From positions 3,634-67,633 of the forward strand of contig JARLIR010000126.1 in assembly GCA_031291635.1 (NCBI GenBank): DNA of 64,000 nucleotides. Direction: 5' to 3'. Below, in pieces: positions 1 to 9,145 of this stretch. Under the pieces are notes generated by a model. That model was not told the DNA's origin. It saw only the letters and a program-made list of their open reading frames with translations, and did not search any database. Numbering within the stretch: the first letter of the stretch is position 1; each line of letters starts with the position of its first letter. A program made the position numbers and the translations under genes. Origin of the DNA: Rhizomicrobium sp. (GTDB taxonomy: Bacteria > Pseudomonadota > Alphaproteobacteria > Micropepsales > Micropepsaceae).

Positions 1-438
1 CTGGCGCTGTTCCTGCTGCTGCCTTCGGCGCAAGACGAGATTGCCCATGATGTGGTGACGGCGCATTTGCGCTCGCTCGCGGGCAACCATCTCGTCGATG
101 TGGTTTCCAGTGATCACCACACCGTGAAGCCATGGTTTGATGGCCGCGCCGATCTCGCGCCCGCCACCGCGGATTTCGACAAGCAGGGCTTTAAATTGGT
201 CGGTGGACGCGTCGATTACGTGCATGGCAGCCGCACCGCGGTGCTGGTCTATCGCCATGGCGCCCATGTGGTGAATGTTTTTGCCTGGAAGAATGACGGT
301 GCGGCGAGAGCGGGCCTGCGCCAGAAGAACGGCTACACATTGCTGTCTTGGGCGAGCGGGGATCTGTTCTATTGCGCCATCTCCGACACTGCGACGCAGG
401 ACTTACAAAGCCTGGCGCATCTGATAAAACAGAGCTGA
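1..438 (+). CDS. Transmembrane anti-sigma factor, periplasmic part (5' end outside window)
   Basis: Motifs 'DVVSSDHHTVKPWF' and 'GFKLVGGRVDY..TAVLVYRHG.H.VNVF' typical of alphaproteobacterial ECF anti-sigma factors; frame is open from position 1. Confidence 0.8.
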   Translation: MALFLLLPSAQDEIAHDVVTAHLRSLAGNHLVDVVSSDHHTVKPWFDGRADLAPATADFDKQGFKLVGGRVDYVHGSRTAVLVYRHGAHVVNVFAWKNDGAARAGLRQKNGYTLLSWASGDLFYCAISDTATQDLQSLAHLIKQS

Positions 439-494
439 CGGGAATAAACGGCCGCCGTCACGGGTATTGCGTTTGCATCCATCGCGAGGAAAGC

Positions 495-1403
495 ATGACC
501 CAATCTCACACACGGCGCAGTGCCTTGGCCTGTATGGCTTGGAGCGGAGCCGGAACAGTATTCGCGCTCTCTGGCGGCGTTCCGGTGGCCTTTGCACTCG
601 GTGAGGAGAGCAAAATGGCCGGCTTAAAACCGCTCTTCGTGCAAATCAGCGATAGTCACATCGGCTTCAATAAGGATGCCAATCCTGACGTTGGCGGAAC
701 CTTGGCGCGGGTGGTGACGGCCATCAACGCCATGCCGCAGCAGCCCGGCTTCATCCTGCACACCGGCGACGTCACCCATTTGTCCAAGCCCGAACAATTC
801 GACCAAGCCGCACAACTGCTGAAGGGCCTGCGCGCCAGCGAGTTGCATGTGGTGCCAGGCGAGCATGATGTGATCGACAACGGCCCGGCTTTCATGGAGC
901 GCTATGGCACGCCTTCGGGCAGTAAGGGCTATTACAGTTTCGATGCCAGCGGCGTGCATTTCGTGGCGCTGATCAATGTGCTGAATTTCAAACAAAACGG
1001 CCTAGGCACGCTGGGTCACGAGCAGTTGGAATGGTTGGAAGACGACCTCAAAGGCCGCAAATCGAGCCAGCCCATCGTGGTCTTTGCCCATATGCCGTTA
1101 TGGAGCATCTATGAGCCTTGGGGCTGGGGCACCAGCGATGCCGATCAGGCAATGGGCTATCTGAAACGCTTCGGCTCGGTCACGGTGCTGAATGGCCATA
1201 TCCATCAGATCGTGCAAAAGACCGAAGGGCACATCAGCTTTCACACCGCCCGCTCGACCGCCTATCCGCAGCCTGTGGCGGGAACCGCAGCGGCGCCCGG
1301 GCCCTTGAAAGTACCTGCCGATCAGCTGGCGCAAATGTTAGGCCTGACCTCGGTCAGCCTTCACCGCCACGCGCTGAGCCTTACCGATAACACCCTGGCC
1401 TGA
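495..1403 (+). CDS. Calcineurin-like metallophosphoesterase (CpdA-like) with Tat-like N-terminus
   Basis: DxH (ISDSH), GD (HTGDV), GEHD, GHxH (NGHIH) motifs; 'TRRSAL' twin-arginine; ATG 495 preceded by GAGGA. Confidence 0.85.
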   Translation: MTQSHTRRSALACMAWSGAGTVFALSGGVPVAFALGEESKMAGLKPLFVQISDSHIGFNKDANPDVGGTLARVVTAINAMPQQPGFILHTGDVTHLSKPEQFDQAAQLLKGLRASELHVVPGEHDVIDNGPAFMERYGTPSGSKGYYSFDASGVHFVALINVLNFKQNGLGTLGHEQLEWLEDDLKGRKSSQPIVVFAHMPLWSIYEPWGWGTSDADQAMGYLKRFGSVTVLNGHIHQIVQKTEGHISFHTARSTAYPQPVAGTAAAPGPLKVPADQLAQMLGLTSVSLHRHALSLTDNTLA

Positions 1404-1415
1404 CGGAGAGTGGTC

Positions 1416-1721
1416 ATGAAAATCGCGCTTTACACTGTGCTGGCGCTCGCCTTGAGCGTGCCTGCTTTGGCCCAGAACACCACCATCACCATCAAGGACT
1501 TCAAATTCATGGTGATGGACGCGACGGTGACGCCGGGCTCCACAGTCACTTGGAAAAATTTGGACGAAGAGCCCCACACGGTGACCAGCGAAACCGGACT
1601 GTTCAAATCCGGCGGCCTCGACACCGACGAGAGCTTTGCCTTCAAATTCGAAAAGCCCGGCATCTATAAGTATCGCTGCTCCATCCATCCGCAGATGGTT
1701 GGGATCATCACCGTGAAATGA
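1416..1721 (+). CDS. Cupredoxin (amicyanin/plastocyanin-like blue copper protein)
   Basis: Signal peptide; 'PHTVTS' and 'YRCSIHPQMVG' type-1 copper ligands His/Cys/His/Met. Confidence 0.9.
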   Translation: MKIALYTVLALALSVPALAQNTTITIKDFKFMVMDATVTPGSTVTWKNLDEEPHTVTSETGLFKSGGLDTDESFAFKFEKPGIYKYRCSIHPQMVGIITVK

Positions 1722-1737
1722 GGCTGGCGCGCGCGCG

Positions 1738-2067
1738 TTAGCGGTCGGAGAGTTGCAGCGGATTGCCGTCGGGGTCTTTGCCGTCGCACAAGGTGAACGC
1801 TTCGCCCGACTTGACCTTGCCGAACTTTGCCCCCCGCGCCACCAGCTTGTCGCGGAGCTTGGCGACATCCTTGGCATGGAACGCGATCTTGGGGCCTTTC
1901 TTGCCAGGCGACGGCGGGCCGGAATGCAGCGCGATGGTCATGCCGCCAGCCTTGAATTCGCGCCACCCCTTCTCACTGCTGACCGTTTTCAGCCCGAGCA
2001 CCTCGCCATAAAACTCGGCCATGACGTCCATTTGCGCCGTAAACAGGATGATGCGCGCCACTTTCAT
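1738..2067 (-). CDS. VOC/glyoxalase family protein
   Basis: 'FYGEVLGL' and 'DPDGNPLQL' VOC motifs. Confidence 0.8.
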   Translation of the reverse strand: MKVARIILFTAQMDVMAEFYGEVLGLKTVSSEKGWREFKAGGMTIALHSGPPSPGKKGPKIAFHAKDVAKLRDKLVARGAKFGKVKSGEAFTLCDGKDPDGNPLQLSDR

Positions 2068-2100
2068 GAACCGCTCCTTTTGCTGCTGCACCCGGAAAGC

Positions 2101-2778
2101 TTAGCGCTTCAGCTCGATCACGTCGAAGGTCGATTCCTGCACGGGGTAAGGCAGCTCTAAACGGGCTCTGCCGTCATAGGTGAGGGAGAGAAGGCCAATC
2201 TGGTCGTCGGGGGTGGCATCGGCACCGGCCGAAGCGCCGCCACCGGAATAGGCCGGCTTTTTCTCGGCCGGGCCATAAGCGGTGACGTAAGAGGCACCGA
2301 GATAGACCAGGCCATTGACGTCGGGATAGAGCGTGCCGCTGGTGCGCTGGGTGCCCGAAAGTTTTTCAAAATGCAGCAGCCGGCCCTCTTGCCAAATGCG
2401 GCAGCGGAACCAGCCATAGACCACCGAGGGCGTCATGCCGCCCAGTTTCAGGGTGCGGCAGCGCCAGGAGCCGATCAGGCGATGTTCGCTGGCGGGCACG
2501 GACCCGGCCTGTAGAATCGAGCGGATGGCGGCGTAGTCGGAAGGATTGCCGTGGCTGGCTTCGTTGAGGCCCTTGGCGCGGGCTTCAGCGATATGGCCTA
2601 GACGTTCGACATCGCGCGGCGACGCATCCTCGTGCCAGCCTGCCTGAGCGGCGGCGGTGAGGAGTAGTGCGGCGATGAGTGTCGAAGCGGCGCTGAAGGC
2701 CCCCCTCCGCTTCGCAACGCTCAGCACCTCCCCCGTGAACGGGGGCGGAAAGGTTTTGTCAGCTTTCCCCAGACTCAT
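2101..2778 (-). CDS. Secreted protein, DUF4893-like
   Basis: 'G.WRCRTLKLGG...VVYGWFRCRI...FEKLSGTQR.SG' pattern; signal peptide; start overlaps the fabI end. Confidence 0.65.
   Translation of the reverse strand: MSLGKADKTFPPPFTGEVLSVAKRRGAFSAASTLIAALLLTAAAQAGWHEDASPRDVERLGHIAEARAKGLNEASHGNPSDYAAIRSILQAGSVPASEHRLIGSWRCRTLKLGGMTPSVVYGWFRCRIWQEGRLLHFEKLSGTQRTSGTLYPDVNGLVYLGASYVTAYGPAEKKPAYSGGGASAGADATPDDQIGLLSLTYDGRARLELPYPVQESTFDVIELKR
2699..2752. repeat. Alphaproteobacterial palindromic repeat (CIR/RPE-like) inside a coding region
   Basis: CCCCCTCCGC-TTCGC...CACCTCCCCCGTGAACGGGGGCGG hairpin; a related copy lies at ~17118-17154. Confidence 0.6.
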
Positions 2779-3613
2779 CGGACTTGCCCCCTTCGTCGGC
2801 CACGCTCCAGCCATCGAGCACGGAGGCTGGCGGCACACCCATAACGTTATACCCGGCATCAACGTAATGCACTTCACCGGTAACGCCTGCGGACAATTCG
2901 GAAAGAAGGTAAAGAGCCGAGCCGCCGAGATTGTCGAGCTCGATGGTGCGCTTGAGGGGCGTCATGCCCTTGATCCAGCGGAACATGGTGCGCCCGCCGC
3001 CGACGGCGGAGCCCGCCAAGGTGCGAATCGGGCCAGCGCTGATGGCGTTGACGCGCAAACCGTCGGCGCCGAGATCGGCTGCGAGGTAGCGCACCGAGGC
3101 TTCCAAAGCGGCCTTGGCGACACCCATGACATTGTAGCTCGGCATCACCTGCTTGGCGCCGAGATAGGACAGCGTCAGCATGGCGCCGTCGCGGCCCGCC
3201 ATCAATTTGGCGGCGCGCTGGGCCACGGCAGTGAAGGAATAGCAAGAGATCGACAGGGTCTGGACGAAATTGGCGCGGGTGGTGTCGACGTAACGGCCTT
3301 TCAGCTCATTGCGATCGGAGAAGGCAATGGCGTGGACGAGGAAATCAATGCCGCCCCATTCCTGGCGCAAGGTCTCGAAGGCGGCGTCGAGCTGGGCATC
3401 ATCTTCGACATCGGCGGGCAGCAAAATCTTGGCGCCAATGGAATCGGCGAGCGGCTTGAGGCGCTTGAACTGCGGCGCGCCTTGATAGGTGAAGGCCACC
3501 TCGGCGCCGTTGGCGGCGAGGGTCTTGGCAATGCCCCAAGCGATCGAATGGTCGTTGGCAACGCCCATCACAAGGCCACGTTTGCCGGCCATCAAATTGG
3601 TGGGTTTTGTCAT
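2759..3613 (-). CDS. fabI: Enoyl-ACP reductase FabI
   Basis: 'GKRGLVMGVANDHSIAWGIA', 'YNVMGVAKAALE', 'VNAISAGPIRTLA'. Confidence 0.95.
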   Translation of the reverse strand: MTKPTNLMAGKRGLVMGVANDHSIAWGIAKTLAANGAEVAFTYQGAPQFKRLKPLADSIGAKILLPADVEDDAQLDAAFETLRQEWGGIDFLVHAIAFSDRNELKGRYVDTTRANFVQTLSISCYSFTAVAQRAAKLMAGRDGAMLTLSYLGAKQVMPSYNVMGVAKAALEASVRYLAADLGADGLRVNAISAGPIRTLAGSAVGGGRTMFRWIKGMTPLKRTIELDNLGGSALYLLSELSAGVTGEVHYVDAGYNVMGVPPASVLDGWSVADEGGKSDESGES

Positions 3614-3718
3614 TGCATCCTCAAAGGTAATGGCCCGCGCCCCAAGGCCCCACCTTGCCCCGATTGGCAAGGCGGGAACAAGGCGGGCTAACGTTCAATT
3701 GTGCCCGTTTCAGGGTTT

Positions 3719-4936
3719 TCAGCCGCCGAGGCGCTCGAACACCAGGGTGGCATTGGTGCCGCCAAAGCCGAAACTGTTGGAAAGCACGCGCTCCAACTTG
3801 GCGTTGTCGATCCGCTTGCGCACGATCGGTGCATCGCCAAGTTCGGGGTCCAGCTCGGTGATATTGGCGCTTTCGGCGATGAAATCACCCTGCATTTGCA
3901 GGATGGAATAGATCGCCTCTTGTGCCCCGGCTGCCCCGAGGGAATGGCCCGTAAGCGATTTGGTCGAGTTCACAAACGGAATCTTGTCGCCAAAGACTTC
4001 GCGCATGGCTTTGACCTCGGTGACATCGCCGACCGGCGTCGAGGTGCCGTGAGCGTTGATGTAATCGACCGGGCCGTGAGCGGTGGCCAGCGCCTGCTGC
4101 ATGCAACGTACCGCGCCTTCACCCGAAGGGGCGACCATATCATGGCCGTCCGAAGTGGCGCCGTAACCGGTCAGTTCGCAGTAAATCTTGGCCCCACGCG
4201 CCTTGGCGTGTTCGAGTTCTTCGAGCACCAAAACGCCGCCGCCGCCAGCGATGACAAAGCCGTCGCGGCCCTTGTCGAAAGCGCGCGACGCCGTCGCCGG
4301 GGTATCGTTATATTTGGAGGACATGGCGCCCATGGCATCGAACAGTGCCGAGAGCGTCCAATCGAGTTCCTCGCCGCCACCGGCGAACATCACATCCTGC
4401 TTGCCCCATTGAATCAGCTCGGCCGCATTGCCGATGCAATGGGCGCTGGTCGAACAGGCCGAGGAGATGGAGTAGTTGACGCCCTTGATCTTGAACCAGG
4501 TCGAAAGCACCGCCGAGCAGGTCGACGACATGCATTTGGGCACCGCGAAGGGGCCGATTTTCTTAGGGCCCGTGGCTTCGGCGATCTTATCGGCCGCGAA
4601 CAGCGTGCGGGTGGAGGGGCCGCCCGAGCCGACGATGAGGCCGGTCTTGGGATTGATGATGTCTTTTTCTTCGAGACCCGAATCCTTCAGCGCCTGATCC
4701 ATGGCGATGAAGGCATAGGCCGCGGTGTCGCCCATGAAGCGCTTGGCGCGCCGGTCGATCAAGGCTTCCAGATCGATCTTGACGGCGCCTTCGACCTGGC
4801 TGCGGAAACCCATGGCTTTCTGGGTTTCGGCCAGACGGATGCCGGATCTGGCATGAAACAGACTGTCGGTGACTTCCGCGGCGTTGTTGCCGATGGATGA
4901 CACGATACCAAGCCCTGTGACGACGACGCGCCTCAT
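3719..4936 (-). CDS. fabB: Beta-ketoacyl-ACP synthase I
   Basis: '[16 protein letters not shown]', 'SISSACSTS' catalytic Cys, 'NAHGTST', '[10 protein letters not shown]'; next to fabA. Confidence 0.95.
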   Translation of the reverse strand: MRRVVVTGLGIVSSIGNNAAEVTDSLFHARSGIRLAETQKAMGFRSQVEGAVKIDLEALIDRRAKRFMGDTAAYAFIAMDQALKDSGLEEKDIINPKTGLIVGSGGPSTRTLFAADKIAEATGPKKIGPFAVPKCMSSTCSAVLSTWFKIKGVNYSISSACSTSAHCIGNAAELIQWGKQDVMFAGGGEELDWTLSALFDAMGAMSSKYNDTPATASRAFDKGRDGFVIAGGGGVLVLEELEHAKARGAKIYCELTGYGATSDGHDMVAPSGEGAVRCMQQALATAHGPVDYINAHGTSTPVGDVTEVKAMREVFGDKIPFVNSTKSLTGHSLGAAGAQEAIYSILQMQGDFIAESANITELDPELGDAPIVRKRIDNAKLERVLSNSFGFGGTNATLVFERLGG

Positions 4937-5017
4937 GGACGTTTCCCTTTCTTCTATTGGTCGCGCGACCGGACGGAAAACCGCTTCACACTTTTCCTGG
5001 CCGACGCTCCGGTGAGC

Positions 5018-5560
5018 CTAAGCCGGTTGCGGCGCGTCTTTGAACAGACCCACCCGCAAATCTTTGGCTTCGTAAATGATCTGGCCATCGACCTTCATCA
5101 CTGCATCGGCAATGCCCATCACCAAGCGGCGCATAATGACGCGCTTGAGATCGATGGAATAGCTGATCAGCTTGTTGGTCGGCAGTACCATGCCGGAGAA
5201 TTTCACCTCGCCAACGCCGAGCGCGCGACCCTTACCGGGACCGCCCATCCAGCCGAGGAAAAAGCCGACCAGCTGCCACATGGCATCAAGGCCGAGGCAA
5301 CCCGGCATCACCGGATCATTCTGGAAATGGCATTTGAAAAACCAAAGGTCGGGATTGATTTCCATCTCGGCCTGCACCTGGCCTTTGTCGAACAGGCCAC
5401 CCGTGTCGGATATCTGGGTGATGCGATCGAACATCAACATGGGCGGCAGCGGCAGACGGGCATTGCCCTCGCCGAACAATTCACCCTTGGCGCAGGCAAG
5501 AAGACCCGCCAAATCGAAGCTCGATTTGCGCTCGGCGGCAGTGTGATCCACTTTTTCCAT
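5018..5560 (-). CDS. fabA: 3-hydroxydecanoyl-ACP dehydratase/isomerase
   Basis: '[12 protein letters not shown]', '[24 protein letters not shown]'. Confidence 0.95.
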   Translation of the reverse strand: MEKVDHTAAERKSSFDLAGLLACAKGELFGEGNARLPLPPMLMFDRITQISDTGGLFDKGQVQAEMEINPDLWFFKCHFQNDPVMPGCLGLDAMWQLVGFFLGWMGGPGKGRALGVGEVKFSGMVLPTNKLISYSIDLKRVIMRRLVMGIADAVMKVDGQIIYEAKDLRVGLFKDAPQPA

Positions 5561-5616
5561 GTCCTTCAATGGCTTGCGAGAAAATTGTCGCAGGGGCTGC
5601 CCTGCGACGATTTCTA

Positions 5617-5635
5617 CGTTAGAACTATTCTAACG
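5617..5635. promoter_or_regulatory. Iron control element (Irr-binding ICE box)
   Basis: Perfect palindrome CGTTAGAA-CTA-TTCTAACG matching the TTTAGAA-N3-TTCTAAA consensus, between divergent fabA and irr. Confidence 0.7.
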
Positions 5636-5766
5636 ACTGGCGTACAATTCTGCGAAGATTGACGCTCGAATGTCATAGCCTTTCAAGCTTGCAAAGGCGA
5701 GAGGCCATGAAGGACCAGCACGACTGACACCGTTTTCGGCACAGCGAAACGGCGCAGAAAAAAAGG

Positions 5767-6204
5767 ATGACCAGCATGCGTAAGAGAATGCGGGAAACCA
5801 CCAACGAATCCGCCGTCACGCGCTTGAGAGCGGCAGGCCTGCGCCCCACCCGTCAGCGCAATGAGCTCGCCGATTTGTTGTTCCGCGATGGCCATCGCCA
5901 TCTGACCGCCGAAACGCTCCATGCCGACGCCGTCAGCAAAGGCATTCGCGTCTCGCTGGCGACGGTTTACAACACGCTCCATCAGTTCACCAATTCCAGG
6001 CTTCTGCGCCAGGTCATGGTGGATTCGACGCGCTCTTATTTCGACACCAACACCACCGAACACCAGCATTTCTACTATGAAGAAGACGGCATGCTGGCCG
6101 ACATTCCCGGTTCCGAGGAAATTGCCGTTGGCAATATTCCGGAAGCCCCAGAAGGCACCAAAGTTGCCCGCGTCGATGTGGTTGTCCGCCTGACGCGTTT
6201 CTAA
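5767..6204 (+). CDS. irr: Fur-family iron response regulator Irr
   Basis: 'GLRPTRQR', 'HLTAE.LH', 'VSLATVYNTLHQFT', 'YFDTNT.EHQHF', 'DVVVRL'; divergent from fabA. Confidence 0.85.
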   Translation: MTSMRKRMRETTNESAVTRLRAAGLRPTRQRNELADLLFRDGHRHLTAETLHADAVSKGIRVSLATVYNTLHQFTNSRLLRQVMVDSTRSYFDTNTTEHQHFYYEEDGMLADIPGSEEIAVGNIPEAPEGTKVARVDVVVRLTRF

Positions 6205-6278
6205 GCCACCCGTCCATCGGGGGGTTGCCACCTTGCCTTACTTTTGCTCCCCTCCAGCTCCGCGCTGGAGGATGAAGC

Positions 6279-6800
6279 ATGCTTGGGCTTCTGGTCATCG
6301 ATGTACAGCAGGCCATGTTCGGCACCGCCGAGCCCCATGACGGGCGCGCGGTGCTTGGCCGCATCGCGGAGCTGATTGGCCGGGCCCGCGCCGTCCAGGC
6401 GCCGCTCTTTTTTGTCCAGCATGACGGCGGCCCCGGCGATGCCTTCGACAAAAACGGTCCGGGCTTTGCCTATATGCCAGAGGTGGCGCCTCTGCCCAGC
6501 GAACCGGTGACCGTGAAGCGGCGCACCAGCGCCTTTTATGAAACCGGCCTGGATCTGTCGTTGCGGGCGGCGGGGATCGATGCGCTGGTGATCTGCGGCC
6601 TGCAAACCGAATACTGCGTCGATACCACCGTGCGCAGCGCCTTCGAGCGCGGCTACCGCGTCACCGTGGTGGGCGACGGGCACAGCACCTTCGACAGCGC
6701 CCTGCTGCCCGCCACCACCATCATCGCTCACACCCAACATCTGTGGAACGGCCGCTTCGCAAGGCTGAAACGCGCCGCCGATGTGGTGTTCGACCGTTGA
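6279..6800 (+). CDS. Isochorismatase/cysteine hydrolase family protein
   Basis: 'LLVIDVQ', 'KRRTSAFYET.L', 'GLQTEYCVDTT'. Confidence 0.85.
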   Translation: MLGLLVIDVQQAMFGTAEPHDGRAVLGRIAELIGRARAVQAPLFFVQHDGGPGDAFDKNGPGFAYMPEVAPLPSEPVTVKRRTSAFYETGLDLSLRAAGIDALVICGLQTEYCVDTTVRSAFERGYRVTVVGDGHSTFDSALLPATTIIAHTQHLWNGRFARLKRAADVVFDR

Positions 6801-7057
6801 GCGAAAGCCTCGATCTGCGTGGCCTGAAATGTCCCCTGCCCGCGCTGCTGACACGCCGGGCCTTGCGTGCGGCAGCGGCGGGAACGGTGTTTGAAGTGCT
6901 CTGTGACGACCCGCTTTGCGGCATCGACATCCCCCATATGTGCCGCGAAGAGAAGATCGAGATTGTCGACGAAAAACGCGACGGGAGGCTGACGCGGCTA
7001 TGGCTGCGGCGGGTGGGCGATGGGCTCGATGTGGCCGACAACGTCTTGGGCGCGTAG
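6797..7057 (+). CDS. TusA/SirA-family sulfur carrier
   Basis: 'LDLRGLKCPLP', 'DDP...DIPH'; TTG start overlaps the upstream stop. Confidence 0.8.
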   Translation: MSESLDLRGLKCPLPALLTRRALRAAAAGTVFEVLCDDPLCGIDIPHMCREEKIEIVDEKRDGRLTRLWLRRVGDGLDVADNVLGA

Positions 7058-7528
7058 GGCGCGGGGCTCGTTCTTGGCGGCATCAGCGCTGAGCAGAACG
7101 ATTTCGGCATAGGCTTCGTAAGCGGTGATGGGACGGGAAACTTCGTCTTCCCAAGCCCAGCTGTGATGATACCAGCCGCGGCCGCGCCAAGCCGGCCAAG
7201 CATCCAGACTGCTGGTCTGATAGCTGGTCTTGGCTTCGGTATCGCGGGTGTCGAAGAGGAAATAGGGATAGCCCGCCTGCAGCGTCACCTCGGCGGCCCG
7301 CAGCAACAGGTAATTCTCCACCGTCTCGCGCCGTGTCGCGGCATTGCCGGTGAAGGTGATGCGGTAGCGATTGGCAGCGAGTTGCTGATCGCTATAGCCG
7401 GTGCCTTGGCGCTGATCGCGCGGGGCATAAGGGGCGGGGGTTTCGCAAGCTGCCAGCAGCACCGCCAGCAGCAGCGCCTGGCTGAGAAAAGATGTCGCAG
7501 CCAAGGCTGGTCTTTCAGATATCGCCAT
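6998..7528 (-). CDS. Lipoprotein (CC0125/CC1285-like)
   Basis: Lipobox 'LLAAC'; 'GYS.QQL..NRYRITF.GN..T.RETVENYLLLRAAE.TL..GY..F'. Confidence 0.75.
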   Translation of the reverse strand: MAISERPALAATSFLSQALLLAVLLAACETPAPYAPRDQRQGTGYSDQQLAANRYRITFTGNAATRRETVENYLLLRAAEVTLQAGYPYFLFDTRDTEAKTSYQTSSLDAWPAWRGRGWYHHSWAWEDEVSRPITAYEAYAEIVLLSADAAKNEPRALRAQDVVGHIEPIAHPPQP

Positions 7529-7627
7529 CACACTCCTCCTGGAGCGGCAACGTTTTAGATGGTGAATTTGTTCCCCGGGCACAACCCAAGATGGCGAAAT
7601 CATGCTACAGTCTTGCTTGGTTGCCGC

Positions 7628-7657
7628 TTGATAACTGACCAGTCAGTAAGTTATAAC
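7628..7657 (+). promoter_or_regulatory. Sigma70-like promoter with embedded TetR-type operator
   Basis: TTGATA-N18-TATAAC with inverted repeat ACTGAC-CA-GTCAGT (7634-7647) in the spacer. Confidence 0.6.
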
Positions 7658-7664
7658 GATCGGC

Positions 7665-8315
7665 ATGGACCAGATCGTCGAAAAAAACAGCAAGACATGG
7701 CAACGCCGCAAGCAGGCGCGCCCGGGCGAAATCCTCGACGCCGCTTTGGCTGTGTTCGCGGATAAAGGCTTCGCCGCCGCGCGCATGGAAGACATCGCCG
7801 CCAAGGCGGGCGTCACCAAGGGCACCATCTACCTCTACTTCCAGAGCAAGGAAGAGGTCTTCAAATCGCTGGCCCGCCAGCACGTCAGCGACAGCTTGGC
7901 CATGGCCGCCGAGGAAGCGCGCCGCTTCGAAGGATCGACCTTCGATTTCCTCTCGGTTTTCCTGCAGCGCTGCGCCAGCATGATCTTGACCAGCGAGGCG
8001 GTGGCTTTGCCCAAGATCATCATCTCCGAATCCGGCAACTTCCCAGAGCTGGCGGTATTCTGGCGCAAGGAAGTCATCGACAAGACCACGGCGATGCTCT
8101 CCGGCGTCATATCCAAAGGCATCGCCCGGGGCGAAATCCGCGACGTGCCGCCGGAATATGTCGCCAAACTGTGCATGGCGCCGATGCTGCTGGGCCTGAT
8201 CTGGCGCACCACCTTCGCCCATACCGACGACACCCCTTTCGACTATGAGGCCTTCATGGCGATGCATCGCGACGTGCTCCACCGCGGCCTGCGCGCAGAA
8301 GGACAAGCAGCATGA
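7665..8315 (+). CDS. TetR/AcrR-family transcriptional regulator
   Basis: 'RRKQARPGEILDAAL.VF.DKGF..ARMEDIA..AGVTKGTIYLYF' HTH. Confidence 0.9.
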   Translation: MDQIVEKNSKTWQRRKQARPGEILDAALAVFADKGFAAARMEDIAAKAGVTKGTIYLYFQSKEEVFKSLARQHVSDSLAMAAEEARRFEGSTFDFLSVFLQRCASMILTSEAVALPKIIISESGNFPELAVFWRKEVIDKTTAMLSGVISKGIARGEIRDVPPEYVAKLCMAPMLLGLIWRTTFAHTDDTPFDYEAFMAMHRDVLHRGLRAEGQAA

Positions 8316-9145
8316 GCTGTCGTGATGTTCTCATCGGCCTCGTCTTGGCGGTGATCTTGACCGCTTGCGAAAAACCGCATGAAGGCCAGTGGCTGGGCTA
8401 TGCCGAAGGCGATGTCGCTTATATCGCGGCGCCGACGGCCGGCTGGGTCACGGACCTTAAGGTCGAGCGCGGCGCCTGGGTCAAAGACGGCGATAGGCTG
8501 TTCGGCCTCGACGATACCAATCAAACATCGAGCCGTGATCAAGCCGAAGCGCAGATCGCCAGCACGGAAGGCCAAATCGCCCAAGCCGAAGCCAATCTCG
8601 ACCTCGCCCGCCGTCAGCTCGAGCGCCAGAAAGGCTTGCTCGGCAGCGCCGCCACCTCGCGCCAAGCTTACGACCAAGCAAAATCCGCTTACGACGCGGC
8701 GGTGGCGCAAGTGGCGCAGCTGACCGCCAGCGAAGCGCAAGCCCGCGCCAGCCTGACCGGAGCGGCCTATCAGCTGTCGCAGCGCCAGGTGATCGCCCAT
8801 ACCAGCGGTGTGGTGCAGGACATCTATTTTCGCCCCGGCGAATATGCCCCGGCCCAGACGCCGGTGATCGCCATCCTGCCGCCCGCCAATGTCTATGTCC
8901 GCTTCTTCGTGCCCGAGAATGAGTTCGCCCATCTGCGCCTGGGCCAGAAGGTGAAGATCCATTGCGATGGCTGCGCCGACAATCTGGTCGGCACGATCAG
9001 CTTCATCGCCAGCACCCAGGAATTCACCCCGCCCGTGATCTTCTCCAACCAAAGCCGCAGTCAGCTGGTGTTCAAGGTCGAAGCCCGCGCCCCCGGTGGC
9101 CTCAAGCTTCATCCCGGCCAGCCGGTCGATGTGGACGCTCTATGA
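8312..9145 (+). CDS. HlyD-family membrane fusion protein (YbhG-like)
   Basis: Lipoprotein-like N-terminus, coiled coil, 'EFTPPVI' motif; in an ABC operon. Confidence 0.85.
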   Translation: MSCRDVLIGLVLAVILTACEKPHEGQWLGYAEGDVAYIAAPTAGWVTDLKVERGAWVKDGDRLFGLDDTNQTSSRDQAEAQIASTEGQIAQAEANLDLARRQLERQKGLLGSAATSRQAYDQAKSAYDAAVAQVAQLTASEAQARASLTGAAYQLSQRQVIAHTSGVVQDIYFRPGEYAPAQTPVIAILPPANVYVRFFVPENEFAHLRLGQKVKIHCDGCADNLVGTISFIASTQEFTPPVIFSNQSRSQLVFKVEARAPGGLKLHPGQPVDVDAL

